A stretch of 64,000 nucleotides of DNA from Nostoc sp. (GTDB lineage Bacteria > Cyanobacteriota > Cyanobacteriia > Cyanobacteriales > Nostocaceae). Below are positions 11,683 to 21,652 of the stretch, one piece after another. The stretch lies in assembly GCA_036918135.1 (NCBI GenBank), contig JBALDB010000020.1:77099-141098 (forward strand), in the 5' to 3' direction. Numbering within the stretch: position 1 is the stretch's first letter; every line of letters starts with the position of its first letter. A program made the translations under genes and the position numbers. The notes beneath the pieces were generated by a model, which saw nothing but the letters and a program-made list of their open reading frames with translations, searched no databases and was not told the DNA's origin.

Positions 11683-13029
11683 ATGACTCCAGTAGATATT
11701 CTCATTCTCTCCAACGGCCCAGGGGAAGTAAGCACCTGGGTGCGTCCAGTAGTGAAGGCATTGCGGCAAGAATTAGGGGATGACCGCTCTGTTGTGAGGA
11801 TTTCTGTAGTTTTATCTCCCTGTCCTAATGCTACTGGTAAAGAAGCTGCGATCGCTCTTTCTTACCCAGAAGTAGACAGAGTTCAGTCAGCAGACCATTT
11901 TTGGCAATTTTTGCTTTGGGGCAAAACATTTGACAATTGGGAGTGGAGAAGTTGCGGTGTAGTCGTTTTCCTCGGTGGCGACCAAATTTTCCCTGTAGTC
12001 ATTGGCAAAAGATTAGGATATCGCACAGTTGTTTACGCTGAATGGGAAGCCCGATGGCATAACTCGATTGACCGCTTTGCAGTTATGAAACCTCAAGTTG
12101 CTGCCCGTGTTGCCCAAAAATATGCCCACAAATTCACTGTTGTGGGAGATTTGATGTTAGAAGCTAGTAGTCATTCGTCATTAGTCATTGGTCAAGAGTT
12201 ATTAACAAATGACAAAGCGCAAAGTCTCAGCCAAGGCTTCCTTGCATCAGAACTTGGCACCAGAGGACAAATGACAAATGACCAAGGACAAATAACTGAC
12301 TTAATTGGTCTGTTACCAGGTTCAAAAGCGGCAAAATTAACCCAAGGAATACCTATAATGTTGGCTATTGCCGAACACATTCACGCCAACAGACCCGAAA
12401 CCAAATTTGTAATTCCTGTGGCTCCAACGGTAGATTTACAAACCTTAGCTAGTTTTGGCGATTCCCAAAAAAACCCTTTTGTAGAAACTTTTGGTATTAG
12501 CAGTGTTTCCTTAATCATTCCAGAGGACGGAAAAAGTAAGGCATTATTTAAAACACAGACAGGTCTAACTGTAGAATTATGCCAAGAAAACCCTGCCTAT
12601 GACTTATTATCCCAGTGCTGCATCTGCCTGACTACAGTGGGAGCAAATACCGCTGAACTCGGTGCTTTAGGGGTGCCGATGATTGTTTTGCTACCTACCC
12701 AACAATTAGATGCGATGCGCTCTTGGGATGGTTTACCAGGTTTATTGGCGAATTTACCAGGGGTAGGTTCCACCTTTGCTAAAGTGATTAACTGGCTATT
12801 CCTGAGACGCAAAGGTTTATTAGCATGGCCGAATATTTGGGCACAATCAGAAATCGTGCCAGAACTTGTAGGCAAACTCCAGCCAAAAGAAGTTGGAGAA
12901 ATGGTATTAGATTTTTTGGCTCATCCAGAAAAATTGGACGAGATTCGAGTTAAGCTACGTCGGGTTCGTGGCGAAAGCGGAGCAGCCCAGAAGATAGCAA
13001 AGATTATTGCTGAGGAAATTGGCAACTAA
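11683..13029 (+). CDS. lpxB: Cyanobacterial lipid-A-disaccharide synthase (LpxB-like) with repeat-derived insertion
   Basis: LSNGPGE, VVGDLM, IGLLPGSK, TVGANTAELGALGVPM and PNIWA..EIVPEL motifs. Confidence 0.78.
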   Translation: MTPVDILILSNGPGEVSTWVRPVVKALRQELGDDRSVVRISVVLSPCPNATGKEAAIALSYPEVDRVQSADHFWQFLLWGKTFDNWEWRSCGVVVFLGGDQIFPVVIGKRLGYRTVVYAEWEARWHNSIDRFAVMKPQVAARVAQKYAHKFTVVGDLMLEASSHSSLVIGQELLTNDKAQSLSQGFLASELGTRGQMTNDQGQITDLIGLLPGSKAAKLTQGIPIMLAIAEHIHANRPETKFVIPVAPTVDLQTLASFGDSQKNPFVETFGISSVSLIIPEDGKSKALFKTQTGLTVELCQENPAYDLLSQCCICLTTVGANTAELGALGVPMIVLLPTQQLDAMRSWDGLPGLLANLPGVGSTFAKVINWLFLRRKGLLAWPNIWAQSEIVPELVGKLQPKEVGEMVLDFLAHPEKLDEIRVKLRRVRGESGAAQKIAKIIAEEIGN

Positions 13030-13057
13030 GAAAAGATGGGGTCTCATCCTCTCTTAC

Positions 13058-13471
13058 TTAATCCAAAGACCCGCCATTGCGTCTTCCCAGTTCAAAAATG
13101 CCACAACTAATACAAGCGAGTATACCTAAGCTGATTCCCCAGCTACGTCCTAAACTGATTTCTACACCCCAATTAAATAAAGCGCCAACTACCAAGAAAG
13201 GTATAATACTAAACAGTGAGGCGTAAAAAGCGTTTTGGGATTCTCTAGCTTTACGAGTCTTTTCAAATTCTGACTGGCTGGTATAAAGCGATCGCTCTGC
13301 AAAGTTAAACCAGCGGTTGAGTTGCTCGATAACCCATTCACTGGTTTTGGAAAAACCTAGATATAACGCCAATGACCACAAACTCGCTCCAGCGATGGCG
13401 ATTGTGTCTAATTCAAAGCGGAAAGGTAAAATTTCAGTCAACATGTCTTGGGGGAGTCCTGCAAGGGTCAA
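13058..13471 (-). CDS. Conserved cyanobacterial membrane protein of unknown function (start probably ATG at 13444)
   Basis: Three hydrophobic helices; WSLALYLGF and RESQNAFYAS motifs; HIP1 site inside. Confidence 0.7.
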   Translation of the reverse strand: MTLAGLPQDMLTEILPFRFELDTIAIAGASLWSLALYLGFSKTSEWVIEQLNRWFNFAERSLYTSQSEFEKTRKARESQNAFYASLFSIIPFLVVGALFNWGVEISLGRSWGISLGILACISCGIFELGRRNGGSLD

Positions 13472-13983
13472 GTTTAGCTTTTAGTAGATGCTAAATAAAC
13501 CTCTTGTGCAATTTTAAGCATAAACGCTAACAATATTTCAACTGCTTTGCAACCTCTTACTGCTAAGCCTACTCCAGCTTTGTCAACTACCTTAGTGCAT
13601 AATTTTATAGTTTAAGATGACAAATAAATATCCCACTGTCAAGAGTCATCAGGAGCCAGTGCGTTGCATATTTTCTAAGAGTTGTTCGCGCAGGGTCTTA
13701 GTCAGGAAAAGCAACCGGCTCTCAACAGTCATCAACTTCAAACAGGATAATTTAAGACTGCTATATGCATTGATTCCAGACTAGTAACAAAAAGGATTAT
13801 TTAACTTACTAATTATTTTGACTTAGAGAATTCTCAAATCTAAACTTTTCGGAAATAGTATGGGAAGTTGCTGATTAAAAATATGAAAGAACTTTACGCT
13901 TTTAAGAAAAACTAGCTGAGAGCTTTATCTCAATAAGTTTTTGTAATCGTTCACATTCAAAATCAGCAACACGAAAAATCAGT

Positions 13984-14114
13984 TAAGTAGAACGGTGTAA
14001 AGAAACCGAAGTATGTGACCAAAAGTAAAGTTACTTAAAAACCTCTTTCCTTCTGCCCTCTGCCTTCTACCTCCTGCCTTGTGATAACGACAATTTTTAA
14101 CACCGACCTACTTA
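13984..14114. mobile_element. MITE-like element (131 bp) directly after the DAHP synthase stop codon
   Basis: Left taagtagaacggtgtaaa versus reverse complement of right end taagtaggtcggtgttaaa; internal ttctgcc heptamers. Confidence 0.65.
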
Positions 14115-14117
14115 GGA

Positions 14118-15230
14118 TTACGGTCTATCAGCTTTGACAGTTGTGGTGGTCAATAGAAGATGTCTTTCACCAAGACTATCAAATGCAGGTGTTGGCCAGC
14201 GATCGACTACTTTACCTATAACTGACATTTCTTGAACCAAGCGGTCAAACTTTTCAGGTGTTAGAGACTGCGGCCCATCGGATAAAGCCTTAGCTGGATT
14301 GGGGTGAACTTCAATCATTAAGGCATCTGTACCAGCAGCGATCGCAGCCATTGCCATTGATGGAACGTACTCTGACCTACCTGTACCATGACTGGGATCG
14401 ATCATAATTGGTAAATGGGTGAGCGATCGCAACACCGGAAGCACCGATAAATCTAAAGTATTACGGGCATATTTGCTATCAAAGGTTCTAATTCCCCGTT
14501 CACAAAAAATTACATTTGGATTTCCTGATGCCAAAATATATTCTGCTGCCATCAGCCATTCCTCGATTGTGGCAGACATTCCTCGCTTCAGCAGCACTGG
14601 CTTATCTTGAGCGCCTACTTTTTTGAGCAGCGAGAAATTGTGCATATTCCTAGCTCCGATTTGGATTATGTCAGCTACCCGCGCCACTGCTGGTAAATCC
14701 GCAGCATCCATGAGTTCTGTAATAATGCCCAAACCCGTAGCTTCACGAGCTGCTGCTAACAAATCTAAAGCGCTTTCACCATAACCCTGAAAAGCATAAG
14801 GTGAAGTGCGGGGTTTGTATGCTCCACCACGCAAAAACTTTGCTCCTGCTGCCTTCACACGCTTTGCTGTCTCAACAATCATCGCTTCATTTTCAACAGA
14901 ACAAGGCCCAGCTACGACTACGATGGGATGATGTTCTCCGAAATAGACATGACCGTTAGGTGTAGGTACAACAATCTCGCTGGCTTCTCCATGTCGGAAT
15001 TCTCGGCTAACCCGCTTGAAAGGTTGTTGCACCCGTAATACTTGCTCAATCCAAGGGCTGAACTCTTGGACTTGCAATTTATCGATGATAGAAGTATCAC
15101 CAATTAGCCCCAGCACCACTTTATGAGTGCCGATGCTTTTTTCTACGGTGACTTTCCAAACCTCGCTCAGTTCTTGGCTGATGCGAGTAATTTCTTCAAT
15201 GGGTGTAGCATTTTTCAGTACTATAATCAT
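14118..15230 (-). CDS. aroF: 3-deoxy-7-phosphoheptulonate (DAHP) synthase, type I-beta, scytonemin cluster copy
   Basis: AGPCSVE, RGGAYKPRTSPY, QIGARNM, KRG, CERGIRTF and DPSHGTG motifs; N-terminal regulatory domain. Confidence 0.95.
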   Translation of the reverse strand: MIIVLKNATPIEEITRISQELSEVWKVTVEKSIGTHKVVLGLIGDTSIIDKLQVQEFSPWIEQVLRVQQPFKRVSREFRHGEASEIVVPTPNGHVYFGEHHPIVVVAGPCSVENEAMIVETAKRVKAAGAKFLRGGAYKPRTSPYAFQGYGESALDLLAAAREATGLGIITELMDAADLPAVARVADIIQIGARNMHNFSLLKKVGAQDKPVLLKRGMSATIEEWLMAAEYILASGNPNVIFCERGIRTFDSKYARNTLDLSVLPVLRSLTHLPIMIDPSHGTGRSEYVPSMAMAAIAAGTDALMIEVHPNPAKALSDGPQSLTPEKFDRLVQEMSVIGKVVDRWPTPAFDSLGERHLLLTTTTVKADRP

Positions 15231-15399
15231 CTGTTTTTCCTTCGGTATAATTTTGGATGAACATCACGACTCCTCTCCAAACCTTTAAGAGGATGTTTGA
15301 AAAGTCGTTTTATTGGTAGTAAGTAGGTCGGTAACTGTTCACTGTTCACTGTTGACCGTTGACTGTGAACAGTGGAATATTTTTTATTTGTTAGTCCCT

Positions 15400-15458
15400 T
15401 AAAAGTGCAGGTCAATGCATTAAGAGTGTAGGTCGATGCATTCAAAGTGCAGGTCAAG
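15400..15458. repeat. About three copies of a 21-bp tandem repeat
   Basis: taaaagtgcaggtcaatgcat / taagagtgtaggtcgatgcat / tcaaagtgcaggtcaag. Confidence 0.7.
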
Positions 15459-15517
15459 AGAATTGTGTGTAAACTGTAGGTTATGAAGCAAAGGGAAGCT
15501 AGATGAGAGAGATTTGT

Positions 15518-16639
15518 CTAGCGTAGAAATTGTGCAAGTTGTTCTAGCTTTGTCCAAGCAGCACCGCTTTGGAGAATTTCTTTTGCAAGGGCAATACCTT
15601 TGACATAACCTGTCAAAACATCAGTTTCTCCATCAATAGCTTTGCCTACTTGTAGTGCTAGGGCTGTATTTAAAGCAACTACATCTTGTTGTGCTTGAGT
15701 GCCTTTACCTTGCAGAACTGCCTTCAAGATTTCGGCATTTTGTTGGACATCTCCACCGTGCAACGCCGCAGTTGGTGCAAAATTCAAACCAAGTTCTTGA
15801 GGATTGAGTGTTAAGCAATACATTTCCTTATCTTGGAGTATAGCCAAGTCAGTAACATCTGCCAAACCAGCCTCATCTAAACGTTCTCGTCCGTGGAGAG
15901 CGATCGCTTGCTGACATCCCAATTGGGATAAAGCTTGAACAATCTCTTCAAGTAAAAGCGGGTCGTTGACACCAATAATTTGCCCTGTCGGTCGCATCGG
16001 ATTTACTAACGGGCCGAGCAAGTTAAAAATAGTCCGCACTTTCAAAGTTTGTCGCAAAGTGGCAACCGCCTTGAGTGCAGGATGCCATCCTGGGGCAAAC
16101 AAAAAGGTGATTCCCACCTCACCCACCGCCGCTTGTACTTTTTCCTGAGTGGCATTGAGATTTATACCCAAAGCTTCCAAGACATCAGCAGAACCAGCCT
16201 TGCTAGATGCGGAACGATTGCCATGCTTAGCAACTTTTACCCCTGCGGCTGCGGCAACAAAAGCAACAGCAGTAGAAATATTAAAAGTTGAAGCACCATC
16301 TCCACCAGTTCCACAGGTGTCAATTAAAGGAGTTGGGGATTGAGTACTCGGTACTGGGGACTGGGAAAACTCTTGCCCAGTTTCTAGCCTTTGGGATTGC
16401 AAAACGCTGGCCATGCCTACTAATTCTTCGGCAGATACGCCTTTAGCTTGAATCGCAGCTAAAATTGCTCCTGATAGTACCTGGGGAATGGCATTTACTA
16501 GCCAACCTTGCATCAGATCCGCAGCTTGGGAAACCGTCAGCGATTGCCGATTTAGCAACTGTTGCAATAAAGCTGGCCAGTTGTAGAACTCAGAACCGAT
16601 GGAGATGTTATCAGGTGGAATTTGAGTTAGAGCTATCAT
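15518..16639 (-). CDS. trpD: Anthranilate phosphoribosyltransferase
   Basis: [32 protein letters not shown] and [10 protein letters not shown] motifs. Confidence 0.96.
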   Translation of the reverse strand: MIALTQIPPDNISIGSEFYNWPALLQQLLNRQSLTVSQAADLMQGWLVNAIPQVLSGAILAAIQAKGVSAEELVGMASVLQSQRLETGQEFSQSPVPSTQSPTPLIDTCGTGGDGASTFNISTAVAFVAAAAGVKVAKHGNRSASSKAGSADVLEALGINLNATQEKVQAAVGEVGITFLFAPGWHPALKAVATLRQTLKVRTIFNLLGPLVNPMRPTGQIIGVNDPLLLEEIVQALSQLGCQQAIALHGRERLDEAGLADVTDLAILQDKEMYCLTLNPQELGLNFAPTAALHGGDVQQNAEILKAVLQGKGTQAQQDVVALNTALALQVGKAIDGETDVLTGYVKGIALAKEILQSGAAWTKLEQLAQFLR

Positions 16640-16699
16640 ATTGGTTATTGGTCATTGTTCATTTGTCATTTGTCATTAGTAAAGGACAAGAACAGAAAA

Positions 16700-17941
16700 T
16701 TAAGCAATAAGGACTTTGGCGACGGTTTGCACATCTTTGTCACCTCTACCAGAGCAATTGATGACGATGTGGGGACTGCCTTCTAACTGAGGACAAAGAA
16801 ATTCTAGATAAGCGATCGCATGAGCTGTTTCTAAAGCCGGGATAATTCCTTCTAGTTGCGAAAGTCTCTGAAAAGCTTCTAAGGCTTGCTTATCGGTAAC
16901 GCTGTAATATTCAGCGCGACCACGATCCTTTAAATAACTATGCTCAGGCCCGACACCGGGATAATCCAGTCCGGCACTAATCGAATGCGCTTCGATTACT
17001 TGCCCATCATCATCTTGCAGTAGATAACTCATCGCACCGTGCAATACACCTATTTTTCCTTTTGTCAAGGTAGCAGCGTGTTTTTCTGTATCTACACCTT
17101 CACCAGCCGCCTCTACTCCAACTAGGCGCACAGTTGGTTCATTAACAAACTCATAGAACAAGCCGATTGCATTGGAACCTCCACCCACACAAGCCAGTAA
17201 AATATCTGGTAGCCCTCCCCATTTTTCCTGGCATTGAGCGCGAGTTTCTACCCCAATTACAGCATGGAAGTCACGTACAATCATCGGGTAGGGATGCGGG
17301 CCTGCAACAGAACCCAGGATGTAATGGGTTGTTTCTACGTTTGTCACCCAATCCCGAATTGCCTCGGAAGTTGCATCCTTGAGGGTTCCCGTTCCTGCTT
17401 CCACTGGGCGCACTTCTGCCCCCATCAACTTCATCCGAAACACGTTGAGGGCTTGGCGTTCCATATCTTGGACGCCCATGTAAATCACGCATTTCAAACC
17501 AAACCTCGCGCATACAGTTGCAGTTGCAACTCCGTGCTGACCCGCACCTGTTTCTGCGATAATCCGTTGCTTGCCCATGCGTTTAGCGAGTAAAACTTGA
17601 GCCAAAGCATTATTGATTTTGTGAGCGCCTGTATGATTTAAATCTTCACGCTTTAAATAGATTTGCGGCCCCGTGCCATCTGGTCTAGCGTAGTTTGTTG
17701 TCAGGCGTTCAGCAAAATATAATGGGCTGGGTCGTCCTACATAATCACGCATTAAGTTTTGCAATTCTGCTTGGAAACTCGGCTCATTGCAATATTGATG
17801 ATATGCGGTTTCTAACTCACTTAATGCAGGCATTAAGGTTTCGGGGACATACTTACCACCGAATTGTCCAAACCTGCCTAAAAGGTCAGGTAGCACTGTC
17901 ATAGGTGAAATCGTAGTGTTGATATCTTGTGTGCTTACCAT
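16700..17941 (-). CDS. trpB: Tryptophan synthase beta subunit
   Basis: [39 protein letters not shown] and SGRGDKD motifs. Confidence 0.97.
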   Translation of the reverse strand: MVSTQDINTTISPMTVLPDLLGRFGQFGGKYVPETLMPALSELETAYHQYCNEPSFQAELQNLMRDYVGRPSPLYFAERLTTNYARPDGTGPQIYLKREDLNHTGAHKINNALAQVLLAKRMGKQRIIAETGAGQHGVATATVCARFGLKCVIYMGVQDMERQALNVFRMKLMGAEVRPVEAGTGTLKDATSEAIRDWVTNVETTHYILGSVAGPHPYPMIVRDFHAVIGVETRAQCQEKWGGLPDILLACVGGGSNAIGLFYEFVNEPTVRLVGVEAAGEGVDTEKHAATLTKGKIGVLHGAMSYLLQDDDGQVIEAHSISAGLDYPGVGPEHSYLKDRGRAEYYSVTDKQALEAFQRLSQLEGIIPALETAHAIAYLEFLCPQLEGSPHIVINCSGRGDKDVQTVAKVLIA

Positions 17942-17980
17942 AGTCGAAAATCCTTTGATTTCAAGTTTTTTACTTTCGTT

Positions 17981-19210
17981 CTAACTTTTTTGCTTTTGAT
18001 TTTTAGAGGTTTCGTAGGTATAGCCGAGTTTTCTGTAATTCAAAACGTCTATAGGCCGCACCAAATCGTCAGAGTCAAATTTTGGTAATAGGGGTACTAA
18101 ATTTCCTAACGCCGTAGCTTTGGGTGTAGACATACCACCGTCCCAAGGCCACATTAGGTCTTTAAGATTGTGCCCATAAGGTTGACCGTTAGCAGGATAA
18201 AAATTGCTACCTTGATGACCGTTGTCTTGCCATTCAGCCCAGAGGCGATCTACATTGGCATGATGCAACCAAAACACAGGGTCATAAGGCGAACTCGGTA
18301 TATTGCCCATCGTACCCAGACCCTTAAAGGTTATGGGTGTGGTACTCGCGTCTATCTGCACGCCACCGACTAAGCCATGAATGTAGTTGTGTAGGAATCC
18401 TCCGGGCGTGACTTTACCTTGCTCATCTACAGAGATAAATCCTTCTAAAGCAGGGCGAAATAGAGAATAGTTATTAAGAGTAAGGACACGCTGAATATCT
18501 TTTTTGGGCACAGGATAATCGCTGGCAGGAGGTACTCGCAGAAAGCGTACAAGTGATGTGCCTAAGGATGTTCCGGTATCTGGGTCAATGTTTAATCCTG
18601 TATTCATAACCCAGCCATTTGCCGCAGCAAAAGCCCCAGACTGTACAGGGCCGCCTGTAAAGTTTCCCTGGTTTGGAATTTTAATGGTTACTCCTTGACC
18701 GTTAGAACCAAGAAAGTCATCGTTAAAAATCACATCGAGTGCTTTAGCGTCAGTCCAATCCCAGTAGGGGAGACTAACAGTTGGATCTACTGCTTGCAGG
18801 GCTTGTTCAAATCTGCGGATATATTCTCGATGCCAAGGGAAAAATGCGGCATTTTCATGAGCAAGTTCTTGAACGGAACCATTAGAATGCCCTTTATGGT
18901 TATGAATCAAGCGTGTTGCCCCTAGATGTATGGCAACGAATTGGTCGTAAATACTGATTTTGCTACCTGCGGGAATTATCGTTTTTAAGGTTTTGATAGC
19001 CTTGACTAAGGCTATTTTCTCTGCTGGTGTCAGGTCATTTACGTTCTTTCTTACAGTTAGGTAACCCTGTTGTCCTGGTAAATTGTAATTCCAATGGTAT
19101 TTGTATTGTCCGTGGTCAGTGCGATCGTGGGCGAAGACTGTAAGCGCACAGGTGCTAACTAGAAGTAAGCTATAAATTAATATTTTGACAGATTTCAGCA
19201 GAAGTTTCAT
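17981..19210 (-). CDS. tyrP: Tyrosinase (type-3 copper) with predicted signal peptide
   Basis: CuA region H...AHENAAFFPWHREY, YWDW, CuB HNYIH...DPVFWLHHANVDRLW; N-terminus MKLLLKSVKILIYSLLLVSTCALTVFA. Confidence 0.92.
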   Translation of the reverse strand: MKLLLKSVKILIYSLLLVSTCALTVFAHDRTDHGQYKYHWNYNLPGQQGYLTVRKNVNDLTPAEKIALVKAIKTLKTIIPAGSKISIYDQFVAIHLGATRLIHNHKGHSNGSVQELAHENAAFFPWHREYIRRFEQALQAVDPTVSLPYWDWTDAKALDVIFNDDFLGSNGQGVTIKIPNQGNFTGGPVQSGAFAAANGWVMNTGLNIDPDTGTSLGTSLVRFLRVPPASDYPVPKKDIQRVLTLNNYSLFRPALEGFISVDEQGKVTPGGFLHNYIHGLVGGVQIDASTTPITFKGLGTMGNIPSSPYDPVFWLHHANVDRLWAEWQDNGHQGSNFYPANGQPYGHNLKDLMWPWDGGMSTPKATALGNLVPLLPKFDSDDLVRPIDVLNYRKLGYTYETSKNQKQKS

Positions 19211-19298
19211 TCTCTTAATGGAAGCAGGGGGCAGGGGGGCAGACGGGAGAAAGAGAAATTAATCCCCTATTCCCTATTTACTAAGTCTGCGGGTGAAT

Positions 19299-20132
19299 TT
19301 ATCTCACCTCTTGAAGAGATGGACTTTGGCGCTGACTTTCTGTAATGGCTGTTTTAAGTTCTTGACAAAGCTTTTCTAGTGCTTGCAATCCTTCAGTTGG
19401 GCTACCTTCGGCTAAGCGTTTGACAAAGGCACTACCAACAATCACCGCATCTGCACCCCATTCTTTTACTTGGTGTGCTTGTTCTGGTGCTGAGATGCCA
19501 AAACCAACGCCAATGGGTTTATTGGTAACGCTTCGCAAATCTGTAATTAAATGCTTTACGCGGTTTTGGAGTTGAGAACGGATACCTGTAACTCCTGTGA
19601 CGCTCACCAAGTAGATAAATCCTTGAGATTGACGAGCGATCGCTTCAATTCTATCTCTAGAACTGGTAGGAGCTACAAGTAAAATTACTTCAATTCCAAA
19701 AGAAGCAGCAGTCTGGATTAATTCTTCTGCCTCTTCTAAGGGTAAGTCTGGTACTACCAACCCTTGCACCCCAGCAGCAGCAATTTCTCCTAAAAATGCT
19801 TTAATACCCCGGTACAAAATAGGATTGTAGTAAGTAAATAGAATTATCGGTGCTTTCAGGCTAGGACTCACCGCTTGTAACATCTCTAACACTTGCTCTA
19901 ATTTCGTGCCTTTTTGCAAAGCACGAGTTGCTGCTGCTTGAATTACAGGCCCATCTGCTAGAGGATCGGAGTAGGGAACGCCCAACTCGATGAAGTCAGC
20001 ACCATTGCGATCTAAAATGCGTAAAGCCTCGGCAGTAGTTTCTAAGTTAGGATCGCCTGCGGTGATAAAAGGGATTAAAGCACACTGTTGGCGATCGCGT
20101 AAAGTTTGAAAGTCAGCGGAGATAGAAGTCAT
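19299..20132 (-). CDS. trpA: Tryptophan synthase alpha subunit
   Basis: [32 protein letters not shown] and IVGSA motifs. Confidence 0.97.
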   Translation of the reverse strand: MTSISADFQTLRDRQQCALIPFITAGDPNLETTAEALRILDRNGADFIELGVPYSDPLADGPVIQAAATRALQKGTKLEQVLEMLQAVSPSLKAPIILFTYYNPILYRGIKAFLGEIAAAGVQGLVVPDLPLEEAEELIQTAASFGIEVILLVAPTSSRDRIEAIARQSQGFIYLVSVTGVTGIRSQLQNRVKHLITDLRSVTNKPIGVGFGISAPEQAHQVKEWGADAVIVGSAFVKRLAEGSPTEGLQALEKLCQELKTAITESQRQSPSLQEVR

Positions 20133-20237
20133 CCGGAAAAATAGTTAATGATTGGTTAATAGTTCTGAAATAATCAACGATTAGCAATCAGCGATGTTCG
20201 CGCTAGATTTTTTGTTGTCGAGCTTTTAAATTCTGTG

Positions 20238-20489
20238 AATGAGTCTTTTAGCTCCATTAATGAGTCTTTGATACTCGTGAATGAGTCTTTTAGCTCCATT
20301 AATGAGCCTTTGAACTCCATTAATGAGTCTTTTAGCTCCATTAATGAGGCTTTGAACTCCATTAATGAGGCTTTGAACTCCATTAATGAGGCTTTGAACT
20401 CCATTAATGAGGCTTTGAACTCCATTAATGAGGCTTTGAACTCCGTTAATGAGTCTTTTAGCTCCGTTAATGAGTGTTTGAACTCCGTT
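20238..20489. repeat. Tandem array of 12 x 21-bp units (consensus aatgagkctttkarctccrtt)
   Basis: Units begin at 20238, 20259, ... 20469 with a strict 21-bp period; four consecutive identical units aatgaggctttgaactccatt at 20343-20426. Confidence 0.95.
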
Positions 20490-20573
20490 TTTTTAGGTTC
20501 GAGATTCGAGTCATAGGTAATGCTTTACAAAAAGGCAAAACTTAATAACGAGTGATAAACCATAAACGTTAAT

Positions 20574-21527
20574 TTATACAACCTGTACAACAATCTTGCC
20601 GCGTACATCCTCGCCGCCTTCCTCTAAGGTTTTATGTGCTTGGGCTAACTGATGAAACCCGAAAGTCTTTCCAATAACGGGTTTAATTTGACCCCGTTCA
20701 ATTAAGGTTCTTAAGGCATCAAGCTTGGGACGGGTTTGGTCTAAGTGTGTAAAGTGGACAGTGATATTTTTGAAAATAGCGAAGTTGAGGTCACCCGTCA
20801 CGCCTGTTATAGTTACAGCGCGACCATCTGCTTTTGTAACCGCTAAACTTTTAGCTAAAATTTCACCACTAACGGTAGTAAAAATTACATCAACTCCTTG
20901 ACCATTGGTTTCCTGCATAATCATGTTGATAAAGTCTTGATTGCGGTAATCAATTGCTCTGTCTGCACCAATGGACTTGACAAAATCGCTATCATAAATA
21001 CCACAGGTTGTATAAACGTAAGCGCCTGCTGCTTTAGCTATTTGAATGGCGAACGTACCGACACCGCCTGCACCACCATGAATCAACACAGTTTCACCGA
21101 CTGTGATATTTGCCCTGGTAATCAGTGCAGCCCATGCCGTACCCCCTGCCACAGGTACGCTAGCAGCTTCTAAATGCGATATATTTCTGGGCTTTTTAGC
21201 AATAATTGATTCATTTGCGACATGATACTCCGCATTAGCACCGCCGCCTTCCTCATGGGGGATCGCATAATAAACTTCGTCACCTACCTGAAAATCTTTA
21301 ACATTTTCGCCAACTGCTTCAACGACACCTGAAACGTCAAATCCAAGAATTGCAGGTAATTTAACTCTGGGGCCGAAACTTCCTTGGCGCATCCCGCAGT
21401 CGGCTGGGTTCACTGAAGTGGCATAAACCTTAACTAAAACTTCGTTGTTCCTTGGTGTCGGTTTATTCACTTCAGTTTCTACAAAGACTTCTGGACTTCC
21501 GAAGTTTGCGATCGCTATCGCTTTCAT
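20574..21527 (-). CDS. MDR-superfamily NAD(P)H oxidoreductase (quinone-oxidoreductase/zeta-crystallin-like)
   Basis: TSVNPAD, ILGFDVSGVVEAVG, VLIHGGAGGVGTFAIQIAK and GKIVV motifs; no catalytic or structural Zn cysteine clusters visible. Confidence 0.9.
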   Translation of the reverse strand: MKAIAIANFGSPEVFVETEVNKPTPRNNEVLVKVYATSVNPADCGMRQGSFGPRVKLPAILGFDVSGVVEAVGENVKDFQVGDEVYYAIPHEEGGGANAEYHVANESIIAKKPRNISHLEAASVPVAGGTAWAALITRANITVGETVLIHGGAGGVGTFAIQIAKAAGAYVYTTCGIYDSDFVKSIGADRAIDYRNQDFINMIMQETNGQGVDVIFTTVSGEILAKSLAVTKADGRAVTITGVTGDLNFAIFKNITVHFTHLDQTRPKLDALRTLIERGQIKPVIGKTFGFHQLAQAHKTLEEGGEDVRGKIVVQVV

Positions 21528-21652
21528 ATAATAGCCTCAAAGCAACATCGGGAACAGATGACCAAGCCCCTTTGGGGCGGGTGTGGGGTGTGGGGTGTAG
21601 AGTGTGGGGAAAGACTCTGCCCCCTGCCCCCTGTTTATCAAATAATTACAAA

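Noticed and set aside
15227..15457. 76-aa ORF between trpD and the DAHP synthase
   Set aside because: Composed of a 21-bp repeat and MITE/heptamer sequence; probably non-coding, although its stop overlaps the next start.
20238..20489. 21-bp array as a CRISPR
   Set aside because: Units are head-to-tail with no unique spacers.
20235..20516. Plus-strand 93-aa ORF (SINEALN)n
   Set aside because: Antisense to the operon; open only because of the 21-bp periodicity.
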